Assembly (NCBI RefSeq): GCF_009914755.1
Contig: NC_060930.1
Length of the DNA stretch: 64,000 nt
Origin: the human T2T-CHM13v2.0 reference genome, Homo sapiens
Strand: one strand, 5' to 3'
The notes below the pieces were generated by a model. That model had not been told where the DNA came from. It ran no database searches and worked only from the letters and a program-made list of their open reading frames with translations. How positions within the stretch are numbered: position 1 is the stretch's first letter; every line of letters begins with the position of its first letter. A program made the translations under genes and the position numbers. This document shows positions 14,061 through 28,311 of this stretch, piece by piece.

Positions 14061-17000
14061 GGAGTCTATTGAGCTTGATAAGCTATGGAAAAAGGAGTAT
14101 GGTGAGAGGAAATGCAGGCTCTCTCAGCTGGGGACCAGCAGAAAAGTGGAGGGGAAAACAGCTGATGTGCTGCATACCTGGATAGTTGTCTCAACTTGAT
14201 GGGGAGAAATGCTCCTTGTTCAGATCTGTCACCTTGGTACATAGCGCATCATCTGAGGTAGCAGGTGTTCGATACATATTTGTGGAAGTAAACCTTAACA
14301 TGTATTCCAAGCAAGAACTGAGTTCAGGAAAAGAAACTATGATATGGGCATGAGATGAGTAAGTAATGGCAAAAATAGAATTGAGGCCAAATGTTAAAAG
14401 TTATTGGTATTCAGAGACAAACACTGATTGTATTGCATTTGAGACGCTGAAGGCCTAAAGGAACAGAGAAACCACTGAGAACCACCTGCTAATTTTATGA
14501 GGGAAGAAAGTGAACCAGAGACAGGTTAAGTTCTTTTCCAAAGCATAAATAGCTAGTTAGGGGAAAAGAAGGAATTTGCACCTGGAAATGCCAATTTAAA
14601 ACTGGAATAAGAACAAAAAGGCCAGCATCCTACCCTAGTCCCAGAGTGAAGAGAGCCTTGGCTTTACTTGCAGTAGAACTTGTTCAAGTTCCAGCTCAAA
14701 TTCCTTTGTGACGCCAGACAAGTCCTATAGGGTTTTCACTTCTTGTATTATTTAAAACGTTTGGAGGATAATAATAACTACCCCCATTCCATCACAAAGT
14801 TTTTAGGAAAATCTGTGAGATAGTATGTCAAAAGATTGTAAAAAATTAAAAAATTTGCAAGGGTAAATTATTTTGAATGTCTTTTAGTATTTAGACAAAA
14901 GGTTTCACTTTTTATAGTATAATTTTCCTTTGTTGTTATTATCATACAAAATCTGTGTCAGAACAAAAAACATTTTTTCAATGTATGCTATTAAATCTCA
15001 AGTGATAAAGAATATGCTTGTGGTTTACACAGATTCACGTTAAAAAACAACTTCATGAAAATAATATTCTGCCTGCCAATCACATGGCAAGTCTTGTTTA
15101 GATAAGGTTTTACATTTTTTCTTTTTTCTATTTACATTCTTTCTCATTTATCTATATGCATATGGTTATATGTACAAGTTTATCTTTAGTTTCAAGTGTG
15201 GCATCTTGACAAGTTTTATTGCCTGCTGGAAAGGTAGGGTGAATAGATTTTGAAGAATCCTAATGACTTTTCCTCTTAGGGAAGCAAAAGACTGTAGATA
15301 ATGGGTTCAGAGCTTTCCTTTACAGGGACTTTGAGTTATTGTTGTTGCTACTATTTCAACTAGGAGGAAAGGACATTGTGAAAAGAGGTGTTTCAACTTT
15401 CTCATTGGGAATGTTGATGAAAGAGTTGATTCTCCTCCAAAGAAAAAAAAATGGGAAAGGGGCAAGGTGGTGAAATAACATTGGCAGACAGATGAATAGC
15501 TGGCAATTGAAACCTAAATATGGAAAATAACCCAGGCAGCTAGCTACCTTGAAGGAAAATTATGTAAACAAACTTGAATTTGAAAGAGAAAAATGCTAAA
15601 TACATTCTGAGAGGTCCTAAGAAAATAGGAAATAGCCCAATAGAAATCCTGAGAAAATCGAAATCAGAAGTATGTCTAATGATTATAAATCGAAGAACAA
15701 AACACAGGGTCCCCGAGACTAGCAGGGTTATATATATGGTAAGAGTTTTGGGTAGCAAAATCATGGGGAATATGGAAATGTCTGAATGGCATGGACGAGG
15801 GTGCAGATTATGTTAAAATATAATGAGAAGCCTCTAGAACTAGAATATCAAAGAACGGTGATTTACCCACCAAAGATAATGGTTTAGGAAGAAGATTGAC
15901 ACCATAAACATTCTTAGAAAAACTAAATAATGGAATCAAAACACTAAGAGAAAAGAGAAGACAACTAATAAGCAAGGAAAGACAGACAAATTAGAAAATG
16001 GAAAAATAAGGGAGAAATAATATAAGGAAAATCATCCATCATGGATAGTTGTTTGGTCTGGTTTGGTAGTATGTTTGCAGGTTTGACATTTTGTACATAT
16101 TTTTAAAACTAGATAGCTAATTATAATGGAGGTGAGAGGAAAAGATGAAAATAAAACCGAATATAATCTAAAGACATAAAAGAATTTTAAAAAATAAATG
16201 TAAATAATATTGAAGAAGTTTCTCCAATACCTAAGAGGAGAGTCTTCTTGTAACTCCATACATTTCTATGAAAAGGAGGAAGAAAGCTGCTTTGTATGAA
16301 GCATAGGCATTTTCCTACTTTAAACCTATAAGGAAATTTGGATGACCACAAACTATAAGTTTTTTAAATGACTAGGATATAAAAGGAGAAAGCCCAAAGC
16401 AACTTGTGGGTGATGGTTTTAATATCTAATACTTACCACATGTTAAGTTCATCTCTGCTCCAAAGAGTTTTAAAAATACTAATATATAGAAGTATCATAT
16501 AAAATTATTTTACTATTTGTGTTTTTATTTAAATAATCATATTTCTGTCAATATTGATATTTAAGCTATCAAATATTGACTTTTTATATCATCAGAGAAA
16601 TGTCACAGGACACTCAGAAAGTAGTTTTATAAAACTTTCTAGTACAAGAACTTTTGTCGAACCATCAAGGGAAATAATGGTAGATTAAAAATTATTTTGC
16701 CCCTGGCTTTCATTAGTGCCTAAAAACCCAGGCCCAAGTGTCAACTGATGCATTACCATCAGATTATTTACTTCACAGATCAGTGACTAAGTTTATTTGA
16801 GTCCGATTTTCATGGAATAGCATGGATTTTTTGTTTTATTTTTAAATCTGATAAGTATAAGCTTACAGGTGTACCTGTTTCCTGCTGTTCTGAAAACGTG
16901 ACCAGGCTCTCTCTGTGACAGGATCACACCACAGCTCGTAGCCACTCTGTGCAATAATCTGCAGATGATAACGCCTTTGCAGAGCAGACCTGCACGTGTA

Positions 17001-17893
17001 CTTGCAGAAAGGTCTCTGTCAGACACAGCGGGTGCCTGTGATATCTGAGAGTGGGTCAGCAGGACTGGCACGTTCAGCAGCTCAGGAAGCCAACTTCCAA
17101 CGGCAGGAGCAGGACCCTCTGCATGTGACTCTGATGGGGCAGATGGTCCTTGGGGCTTCCCTAAAGCCAATGGTACCAAATAAAAGAGAACATCATCTAC
17201 CCTTGAGACTGCTAAGTGGCTTTAAGAGGCAGAAAAATGCCAAGCATGGACCTTAACCCCCAGATGACAGCAAAATGGGCAGAAAGCAAGCCATCTCAAA
17301 AATGTCAGTGGAAATAACTTTGAGACCCCTGGGAAGTGTTTCAACTTGGAATAAAACAAAAGAGTGTATTTGGCAAGTAAGCGTGGGGTGTGGAGTGTTA
17401 ACTTCTGTTCCTGAGCTAGGATTCTTAAAGCATCGCACACACATGATCCCCTCACAGACAATGGATAAATGGGGAAGAATTTTCTTAGCTGGAATAAATA
17501 GCACTCATCTTTATAAAAGGAAGTTTCAAAGCCTGAGAGCTTATTTGGACAAAAACATGAAATACGTTCTTACATAAACCTGGCCCTGGGCCATTTATTC
17601 AGATAAATCATATTTTCTCACTTTAAACTCTTGAATTCTAAAGTTTGATATAGAGAGGGCTAAAGGAGCAAACTTAAGAAAGATTAAATAGCATAACCAG
17701 GTAGCGGAACTTGAATGCAAGTGCTCTGATTCCCAGGAAACTTGGGACTTCATTGATTTATTGTCTTAATATCATTATATGAAAAAGTAAGGTAATGTAT
17801 ACAACATTTTATGTTTTATTAAAATAACAGAAATATAATAAATACACCTTTGTCCTTACTGATATATGTATTAAACACTTTGAACCTGAGGAG

Positions 17894-18538
17894 TTTTTTT
17901 TTTTTTTTAATTTTTTTTTTATTATACTCTAAGTTTTAGGGTACATGTGCACATTGTGCAGGTTAGTTACATATGTATACATGTGCCATGCTGGTGCGCT
18001 GCACCCACCAACGTGTCATCTATCATTAGGTATATCTCCCACTGCTATCCCTCCCCCCATCCCCCGACCCCACCACAGTCCCCAGAGTGTGATATTCCCC
18101 TTCCTGTGTCCTTGTGATCTCATTGTTCAATTCCCACCTATGAGTGAGAATATGCGGTGTTTGGTTTTTTGTTCTTGCGATAGTTTACTGAGAATGATGG
18201 TTTCCAATTTCATCCATGTCCCTACAAAGGACATGAACTCATCCTTTTTTATGGCTGCATAGTATTCCATGGTGTATATGTGCCACATTTTCTTAATCCG
18301 GTCTATCATTGTTGGACATTTGGGTTGGTTCCAAGTCTTTGCTATTGTGAATAATGCCGCAATAAACATACGTGTGCATGTGTCTTTATAGCAGCATGAT
18401 TTATAGTCCTTTGGGTATATACCCAGTAATGGGATGGCTGGGTCAAATGGTATTTCTAGTTCTAGATCCCTGAGGAATCGCCACACTGACTTCCACAATG
18501 GTTGAACTAGTTTACAGTCCCACCAACAGTGTAAAAGT
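17894..18538 (-). mobile_element. 5'-truncated young L1 (ACG/G 3'UTR; L1HS pre-Ta-like)
   Basis: Poly-T tail; ORF2 C-terminus in ORF 18127..18498; 3'UTR reads gatgacACG and aacttaGagtat; TSD tgaacctgaggag(tttttt) at 17881 and 18539. Confidence 0.92.
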
Positions 18539-18585
18539 TGAACCTGAGGAGTTTTTTAAAAAATAAAAAGTATGAGCTACTCAAT

Positions 18586-18765
18586 AAAGAAAAGACAAAT
18601 ATTTAAGGTGATGGGTATCCCAATTACACTGATTTGATCTTTATAAATCACATGAATGTATTAAGTTAAAGCCTGTGTTTCGAAAATATGTACATCTATT
18701 ATCTATCAATAAAAAATTTAAAAACCCCACAAAATTGCTGTCTCAAAAAGAACAACAACAACAAA
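18586..18765 (+). mobile_element. L1MA 3' terminal fragment
   Basis: 'atatttaaggtgatgggtatcccaattacactgatttgatc...tcaataaaaaa'; degenerate flanking repeat atgagct(ac/gt)tcaa. Confidence 0.7.
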
Positions 18766-21159
18766 AAACATGAGCTGTTCAAGAAAACTAGCTCCATTAA
18801 TTCACAGATTTGTTTTATTTTAATCAAGCACAAAACTATGGGGGTGTAATGGGGCTTGTTATTATTTTCTGTTGAAATTATTTGGTTATTTTATAATGCT
18901 TTTACCTAGATTAACTTCATTCTCGTATATGTTTTGTTTCTATATAACTTTGAGCCTATATAAAAATCACAATAATGTTTAAAATTTGATTTTCTGTCAC
19001 CATTACGGACGTTTAAATAACACTCTTTAAGAAATGACAAGTGAGAACGAAAAAATCCCCATTTGCAGCAATAGCATCAACATTGGTAGAACTTCAATGT
19101 AAGAATTACTCTATAGTTTAAACCTTGTGATTATTTCCATAACCATCTATGAATGGATACACATATGGCTGCAAATGAGCTTAGAATCAAGAGAGATGAA
19201 ATCAGTCTCCATTCTACGTGTTTTACATTTCAATCTCCTTCTGCCCCTTGCCGGTGCTCCAGATTGCTTTCAGTCCAGTTAAACTCTACCTCAAAGACAA
19301 ATCATTAATCAAGTTTAGGATAATAATAGTAAAAATAGTTAATAGTAATGGGGCACTTATTGCACTCTGAGATGTGCTAACTCTTCACATTCATTCGATC
19401 ATTTTATCCTCACAATTCTACGAGGTACGTATCTTTACTGCATTTTAGGGATTCTAATATGCACCCCACACACATGCTGACATCTCTGAAATTAAGATGC
19501 ATCCTCCAAAACAGACAAGTCATTGAATTCTGCTTTCTTTGTTAAATATAAATTAATAGTGCATTTACAATTAACGATGTTTTAGAATTGAAGACACACA
19601 GCCCTTTCCTCATTTTCTGAAGTTTTAAATTAAGTCTAGAGAGGTTGAAGAACTTATCCAGGGCCACATGACTAGAGGGACTCAGGCAGTCTGGCTGCAA
19701 AGCACACACGGAAAGCCATTCTTACCTCCCAAACTCTTCTTCTCCATCAGTCTCCCCGGCCCCTTTCCTAGGGCATTTCTCATGAAATCATAAGTCCTCC
19801 CTCAGGAATGAAGAAGTTCATACACTCTGCATTTAAATCCATCTCTGGGTTATACAAAAATCAGCAACTCTAAAAGTCCAGGAATAGAAAAGACTGTTTT
19901 GTTTTAAAAGACAAGAAAAGGGAGAAAGAATAAGATAGGGAAAAAACCCATAATCAAACAATCACTCATGACTTTCTGTATTTTTCTAATTCAAAGTTTC
20001 AATTTAAAGAACTAAACTTTTAGACCTGCTAAATTAGGAAAGAAATATTTATTTAATCAAGCCCCAAATGCTAATTTGTGTTTGAGATTATACCCAATTA
20101 CCAAAAACAGAAGAGTATAGATGGTTTTTAATATTTTCCTTTTTTTAAACTATAAATTTAGTTGATCAGAAAAAAATCTTCTGTGGTTTTTGAGTACAAT
20201 AAATGTACAATAAAAACATTGATAACACAGCCGCTAAACTGTAGAAAGAGTGTGACTACTAGCATTATCTCTGGTAGCTCTCTTTATCTTTCTATATTTG
20301 TTAAATCATTTCATTAATTGTGTCAAATAAAGTGTAAAGTGACATCAGTTGACAAATAAATGGCAAAATGTTCATGTTCAATATTGCTGAAGGTCAACGC
20401 AAGGAACTCATCAAGCTTACATGTTTTTTACTTGCTTATGTTAAAAAAATTTACAGAGCAAATATTTACATTCTAAAATATACTTGCTACCAAGTGCATA
20501 AATAAATCATGCTATAGTTTTAGACATTTTTACTTCTTAGAAACGTGTAGTTGCCTTAGTAAAAGGAATTTAGTGGAAAAATACTGTAAACACTTACTCT
20601 GGTATCTTCATGTTAGAAAGCATTAAATCCTTTACTGATATTAAACTTGTAATATTGTTTTGGGGCTCAGTTTTTCAGGCAACAATCATTTATTAATTGA
20701 CTGCCGTGCATCAGAAGCTGAGATCAGCATTGATATCCACAAGAGACCAGAATGGCGATCTTGCCTTCCAGGGATTCACACTGCAGAAGAATGTGTAGAT
20801 AGATAAAGATAGCACGGTGCTGCATGGCATCATAGACATATTAAAAAAGAACTACAGGAGAAGTCGATTCAATTTATACTCAGTTGCACATAGATGCAGA
20901 TATGTGCCTTATTTTCAGACTGCCTAAGCTTCAACAGTTTTATGTGATTACCTCTTATAAGAATTTTTAAACCACTAATTTGCTGTTTACTTCTTCGTAG
21001 TATTGTCACTTCTTCAGCTTATTAGTATCTTTTCTGATTGACTGCCCGTACTATTTACCACCCAAAGGGAAGGACATTTGAAGCTGCTTCTTTAAACACA
21101 TTTTCAAATGCCCATACCCCCCACCCCACCCATTCCGCTGCACGACAAATGGCAGCATA

Positions 21160-21268
21160 AGCCAGTGTGATGGCATATGCCGCTACTCCCAGTTACTGGG
21201 GACGCTGAGGGGAGAGAATTCAGCCTAAGCAATACAGTGAGACCTTGTCAAAAAAAAAAAAAAAAAAA
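21160..21268 (+). mobile_element. Internally deleted Alu monomer with A19 tail
   Basis: 'tcccagttactggggacgctgagg...cagcctaagcaatacagtgagaccttgtc' followed by poly-A. Confidence 0.65.
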
Positions 21269-21569
21269 GTCTAATTATCAAGATGAAAGAAAAAAATAGC
21301 CATTTTCATATTCGTGCTTTATTCTGCATTAGATTAAACGCCACAGCCCACTCCCAGATCCTTAATGGGAAACAGGGAAGTAGGGCAACTTTCTCACATT
21401 TACATTAAAACAAGTAATCTATTCACTTGGCTTAACATTGTTTTAATGTACAAAACATTTCAAAATATTTAAAAGGTACAAAGTACATGACCCCAGCTGA
21501 CAGTTGCTGTCCCAAGAGACAAGTCCTCCAGAGATATTTTCTGAATATTCAAGGAAATGTTATTCTTTT

Positions 21570-21735
21570 ATCCCTTCATTTTCTCCCCCTTCCTTCCCTT
21601 CTTCCTTTTTCTCTCCATTCATTCCTTCCTCCTTCCTTTGATTGATTTCCTTTTTTCTTTCCCCTCCTTCCTTCTTTTCCTCTGTTTATTCCTTCCTTCC
21701 TCTCTCCCTTCCTTCCTTCCTTCCTTCCTCTCTTA
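21570..21735. repeat. (CCTT)n / CT-rich simple repeat
   Basis: Pyrimidine tract with ccttccttcctt units. Confidence 0.85.
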
Positions 21736-23607
21736 TTTTGAACATATTATACTAAACTCACTGTCCTTTCCTTTGACATTTTTCATTTAGCGATATGAAA
21801 TCTTTTCACACGAATAAGTGATGCATTTTGCCATTTTTTTGCAGCTGTCTGCTATTTCCTTAAATAGATATATCAGAATATGTTTTGTATTTTTTCACTT
21901 ATGAGTAACCTTGAACATATGTTATTTCAATATTGTAAGTATACTTATACTTAGGGCAAATTCTCAAAGGTGAAAATACTATGCTGAAGGATATTTCCAA
22001 TTGGAACTATAATAGGTATTACCAAACAACCAAAGATTTTTTACTGCCTTCAATTAAAGAGCACCTCGAAACTCTAGTGAAAATATCAGAAAATGACAAT
22101 ATCAGAATTATTTCAACAGTAACAGGAATATCTGGTTCTTAGTTAATTTGCCATTTTTCAGGTTTCAGGTTTTGTCTCTTTGCAGACATGATCAAAAGTT
22201 ATCTGCTGAGTACAAAAGCAGAATGAAATCATAATAATGATTTAATCTTAAAGACACATAATACATAGATAGAAATTTTAATTCTACTCCACCTCTGTCT
22301 TCTCTCATCTTCTCCATCATTTTGGCCACTGATGTTCAAAGCAAATCTGTCTTTAATATAGTTCCTTAACTCTAGGATTTGGATAATCTTTTTGCATGCT
22401 TTTATGAGCTGGAATTACAGACAGCAAACACAATTCAGCCTCTTGCTGTGGAAACCACAAACTTCTAAAGGGCATTTTGCCTGGACATCACTTCATAGAG
22501 AATAAGCTCTGTCCCTTGGGCAACTTGAAGACTGCCTGCATGACTTGTTGCATCATGTGACCTTTGGCAGTAAAAAATTTAAACCAGAGACAAAACAGGG
22601 TATTTCACCTCTGAACAATGGAAATGCCTCCAATTTCTGTGAAAGCTCTCTTCCTATTATACCTTCCACTCCAGTTTATCGTCTAAGCACTCCTGGTTTG
22701 AGATCTTGTGAAAAGTGTCAACTTATCTCAGAGAATCATTCAACATGGGCCAAGTGGCCCAGAGAGTAACAGTTCTCACTCTAAGAAAGAAGGTGGAGGG
22801 AAAGAATATTGGTTGGCTCCTTGTCTTAAAAATTCCACCTAATAGACAAGGGTTATAGGAACCTGTCTGTTTACTTTGTGGAACTCTTCATGATTCAAAA
22901 GAATACCGATGTTAAGATGGGTTTGTGGTGTTGGGTGGTGTGGTGGGATATTATATATTATGGGATGAAAATGTTGCCCAATATTTTCACGAGTTGTCTT
23001 GAAAGAGTGGGGGGAACAAATGAGTTTATTAACTAAACAGATCATTGTATCTTTGGTTACTTTGACACAAGAGAATTTCCTCAGCAAGAGAATCCAGTCT
23101 CTGAAGATCATTCAGCAACATCCTTATACCTCTAACATGGTGCTACACTCAATGAATCATTGAGGAGTGAAATTAGAATATGAGTTTTCACAGTGCTTTT
23201 CCTAGAACACTGTTTTGTTTCTTTGGGGAAGTCAGGAAAGCTCTCTTTCAAAGAGACAGCTAATATGGAAGCAATAAGACAACAAAATGGCTAGAAAAGC
23301 CAAGTTGTGTTAAATAAAAAGATGACACTGCGTGATAGCACATTGCTTAGCCAATGTTTTATTAGCAAGATCTTGCAGCAACTTTGACTTTGGGAAAATG
23401 AGATGAGGGTCAGTTTAGACCTCGAGTCCCATATGTAATTGAAGAGCCAAGGAAAAAACGGTCAAAGGCTGATGGAACCATAATAAGGGCTGAAGACCAC
23501 CATCCTTGATCAGTGTTGAGCTATGCAGAGAAAAAGGGAAGGTGAGTAATTAATATGATCCTAAAAACCATTGTAAATGATCAACTAAAAAGTAAAAAGT
23601 CACTCCT

Positions 23608-23735
23608 GGCAGGTTGTGGTGGCTCGCCCCTGTAATGTTAGCACTTTAGGAGACTGAGGTGGGAGGATTGCTTGAGGCCAAGAGTTCGAGACCAGCCTGG
23701 GCAAAATAGCAACACCCTATCTCTACGAAAAATAA
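23608..23735 (+). mobile_element. FLAM (Alu left monomer)
   Basis: Monomer sequence; flanking repeat aaagtcact. Confidence 0.85.
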
Positions 23736-24119
23736 AGTCACTTTGAAAAACAGTAGAAATGAAAACAGTGGGAAAACACAAAGACGAAGGGGTGATGGCT
23801 TTGAAACAGTCCATCAAGGAGAAAGAATAGAAGGAAGTGCCTATGATTTGACCAGGTGGTGAGACTAATGAGGGGCTAAAAGCACAAAGGAAACTGTGGA
23901 GATGTGAGAGACTGGTGTTTAAAAAAGTTTTTTTAAAAAACCAAGCAGTGAGCTAGCTGCTTTGGTATGAACTTTCTAAAGAGTAAAGGAATAAATAGAA
24001 GAATATGGGGCTTTACTGTAAACCAGATCTCAGGATCTCACAGGCCAGTGTCTTCGCAGTACTGAAAATTCCACAGCCTCCCTGGAAGCTCTTGCCATCA
24101 GTAGAAGCTTGTAGCTGGC

Positions 24120-24400
24120 TATGTTAAACACAAACAACAGCAACAACAAACAACGGAGGCTGCTGGCCCTGAGAAAGAGGATGCGCAATGTTTACACTGG
24201 AGGAGAAATATTTTGCCACCCCACAAGATGTGGCGCAACTCCCCTCCCTTTCTTCTTGGGCAAAGCAGAGGAGTGACTGAGTTTTATCTCATGTTCCTTT
24301 TCTTATGAGGGATACGGGCCCCCATGCTGCTCAGGCTGACTTCTCATGGAAGAGGGGCTGAATCTGAGTCATTAGAAAACCACATATGGTTTCACTTCCA
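24120..24400. promoter_or_regulatory. Candidate enhancer motif cluster
   Basis: C/EBP-like ATGCGCAAT 24181-24189 overlapping forkhead TGTTTAC 24189-24195; AP-1 TGAGTCA 24365-24371; RUNX AACCACA 24378-24384. Confidence 0.35.
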
Positions 24401-27400
24401 ATGACATCTGGAAAGCAAGAGGTCAGATAGCATCATAGAGATGTCTTGGTGAAAACAGGGACTGAGCTAACGCTGTTCTCTTTGGGAGATTAGTAGGGAG
24501 CGAAATGTGGATGGAATTTTAGTGGAGAATTAGAATAATGTTTCTTTTCCTTTACTCGCCTTCTCAAATTACCCTGAAGAGGAGAGGTAAGGACAGAGAA
24601 AAATAGGGAAGAACAGCAGAAGGAGCTACTTGAGGGATCACAAGAATTTAAATAAAATCATAACCCTCCAAAAAGAACTGAAAGTTTTTCAACCTCATTT
24701 AAGTACTCCCCTTGTGTCTCAGCACTGAGTGGATTCTCATTAACATTTTATATTTAAAGAATTTAGAAATAACTTCTATACATTTTGCTAAAATTTGTTT
24801 CTCAAGGCATAATAATTTTCATTTAATTTAACGTGATCAAATAACATAAACCTTGCTACATTTAAACAAATAAAAATAGTATTGGTACTAAAGAAAGCAT
24901 GTTCTTGTTATAATAGAATCAATTATGACCAATTCATACCCTCCCCAGAATTGGCACCAAGAAACGTGATGGGCACAATAGAAAGATGAGGCAGAAAGCA
25001 CTCCCTCTCCCTCCCTAAACACAGAACAAGTTCCCTCAAGTCTAATCCCCCCAGCAAGGGATCCCACAGTTTTTCATTAATACAGTACAAAAACATATGG
25101 TTAAGAAATAAAAAGAATATAAAGAAATGAGTAGAAGAGCTACGGAATTCAAAGAAAACACATTCCCTGGTTCATACCCACATCTAACTGCCTCAGAAAT
25201 TTCAACAAACATCAGATGTGATTTTCAAGATGTTTTTTGCTTATTTATGAGCGAAATGCAGGGACTTCCCTATGGGGTAGTAATAATATTTTCTTTCCTT
25301 GTATTGAGTTATAATTGTATAGGGTTATTGTGAGGATTAAAATGGGATCTTTGTAAACTGTTGAAGAAATATATAAATTTGTATTTCCAAATTATGAAAA
25401 CTAATTCTTACTGTTCAGGAAGTGTGGATATGGTTATAGAAGAAAGGAAAGGATAGATTTTTGCCCTAAGTGTGTACCAATCTAAAGATAAAAATTGAAA
25501 GTTGTTTTTGGAGAAAAAAAATCCTGACATTAGCCATTTAACAAAAAAATCATTCTTCTTTTCTAGAAGTAAATTCCAGAGAAAAGTAATCCAGTACTGA
25601 TTTCTATGTGTGTGTCTTACAGTGGAATATAACATATGGGAAGAAATGCCCTGCCCAAAAGGTTCCAATTTTCTTAGAAAGCCCTGAGATCAGGATGAAA
25701 GACTGAAAAGAGGGAGGAAAGAAGGGGGGATGAAAGAAAAGTAGGGGAGGAGAGGGAAGGAACAAAGGAGGAAAGAAAGCCACAATAAGACCCAACAAGC
25801 AAATGTCTTTTAGCTTCTTAAGAGTAACTTGCTGTTATCCTGCGTGCACACACTGCAGCCCAGCGCCACTATTTGGGCGTTAGCTAGTTTTTTAATCTGA
25901 GGCTTTGACTTCCTTTCATCTTCCTGAATCTGATCTAGTTCATCTTTAGAAAGTGCTTAAGGGACTGAGGATCGCAAAGACTCACTCTAAAGAAGATTAA
26001 GGTAAATAACAGGTTGGGAAAGGGTTTTTTTCTTCCTTTTGAGTTCAGGCCTTTGAGAATATTTTCACATTTATTTCTATTTAAAGCAAAATATAATTCT
26101 TTTACAGGAGTTGAAAGTTGGAATCATTATATCAGCAGGAAAGAGTATCTACTCCACATTCATCTACACATGATGGCAGGATAGTGAGAGTAAAAATGTT
26201 AGCAAAATCCCAACCCCGTTCTCCCAAAGTGTGCAGTCATCCCTTCGATTAACACATAATTTACTGAGCACCTACTATGTGCTGTGCATTCACTGTCCCA
26301 GGCCTTGGAGATATAGTAGTGAACAAAACAGATGAAAATTTCTTCTCTCAAGAACTTGACATTCTTGGAGTAAAAGGTAGTGAACTGGAGATGCTCTAAA
26401 ACATCACTAATTTGTCAGATATTACTTGCTTTAAATGCTCTCATATATGTGCATATTGAGTAAGTCTAAGAGTAAGATAAGATTTTTTGAAATTCTAGAA
26501 GCAGGAAATAAATGTTTTAAGATCCTTGACCATTTAAGAAAGTTGGAATATATACAAAATATAAGTTTTAGTAGTTTTAAAGCAAATCTAAAATGATTTT
26601 TTTAGTTTGAAGAACAAAAGTAGGTTATATAAAATGATTTTTTTCCAGAAATTTTTAATTTTTGGTATTCAGAGATTGACAGTTCGGGTGCCATATAAGC
26701 AAGGAAGAAAAATATTTTTCCAACATATTTCACGGGAGAGATGGGAATTGGAGGGAAAGTTTTAAAAAATATTTCTCCCCAACTTTTCTAATTTCATTTT
26801 TGTTGTGCTCTCATAAAGCCCAGCCCAGTGTCCTGTCTTTTATAGCTTTTCAACGAATATATGTTGCACAATTATTTTGTCAGTGTGAGGCAAATTCTTG
26901 ATGTAGAAAACACCTCAAATGTATTGTAGAGCAAAATGTTGTATTAGTTTATGAGACTGACGCACTGCCTACCGTGATAAGAAGGCACCATTATTTTATT
27001 AGTTTAAAGCTAAAAAATAACCATATGATTACATGGTTTACAATTAACTCAAACCTTTTCATCCTCAAAAGCGCAAGCTTTCTTTTTAGAAATGAGTAGT
27101 GCTTGCCTTCTATTGTTCAAAATTTAATGGAAATGATGACATTGCTTTATTTTTTAACCTGTTAAAAAGATAGTTTTTATAAAATTGCTTCATTATTTTA
27201 TAACTCTAGAAATTCTATATTATTAAATTACTTACAATATGACTTGCTCTTACTTAGCATAGTTGGAGAAATCAATGGTTTGCTTCATCCGTAGGTACAG
27301 GACAGAGGGATAATGCTATGGCAGGCGTAATGAGAGTCTGGGCAGATCCCAAACCAAGGAGTAAACATAGTTGCAGAGGAGCTATGATCAGAGCATTGGG

Positions 27401-27748
27401 TTTATTTTGTGGTCCAGGAGGTGGAGAGTTAGAGGTCAGCCAAAGTTGATTACTAGGAGCCAAGCGGGGGAAGTGCCAGAGACATGACTGGGAGATGGAG
27501 TGGAAAATCCGCAACCTGTGACACTAACCCAGGAACTGAAGGCAGGAACGTGGGAAGCCCAGTAAGTCAGACAGCTCTTCTTCAGTCTAGCAACGCAATT
27601 TTAAAGACCTGGCCATGTACTTCTATGCATCGTTTTAAAGGCATTGCCAAACACCTAACTACTGGAATTAATGGATTTTAGTTTGGTGAGAAAGTAGACA
27701 TTTTTCCAAAGAATTACGGGTGTGTTCAATGAGATCAATGACTGCACT

Positions 27749-28311
27749 TGTATTAGTTATCCATTGTTGTATAACAAATTAACCCAAAACTTAGCAGCTT
27801 AAAACAGCAAATATTTATTATCTTATCATTTCTGTGGGCTAGTAACTCAGGCATAACTTAGCTGGGTGTGTCTGGCCCGTGATATCTTAACAAGGCTGCA
27901 ATCGAAGTGTTAGCTGGGGCTGCAGTCATCTCAAGTAGGAGAGTAGGAGAAGATCCACTTCCAAGAACACCAGCCTGGCTGTTGGTAGGACTCTTTGCAG
28001 CCTGTTGGCCAATGATCTCAGATCCTTGCCACATGGGTCTTTCAGCAGGGCCGCTCACAATATGGCATTCAGACCTCCCTCAGAGTAAGCTAGAGAATGA
28101 AAGAGAGCGAGAGGGAATGGGCAAGATAGAAGTCATAGTGTTTCCGACCTCATCTCGGAAGTGACATCCCATCCCATCCCTATTGCCCTCTTCCATATGT
28201 CAGAAGCCAGTGGCCATGTGCAGCCCACACTCAAGCAGAGGGGATTATACAAGAGTGTAAATGTTAGGAAGTGAGGGCCATTGGGAGTCAACTTAGAGCC
28301 TGCCTTCTGCA
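27749..28311 (-). mobile_element. MLT1 (F/G-type) MaLR solo LTR
   Basis: 'tgtattagttatccattgttgtataacaaattaacccaaaacttagcagcttaaaacag'; 5-bp TSD gcact at 27744-27748 and 28312-28316. Confidence 0.85.
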
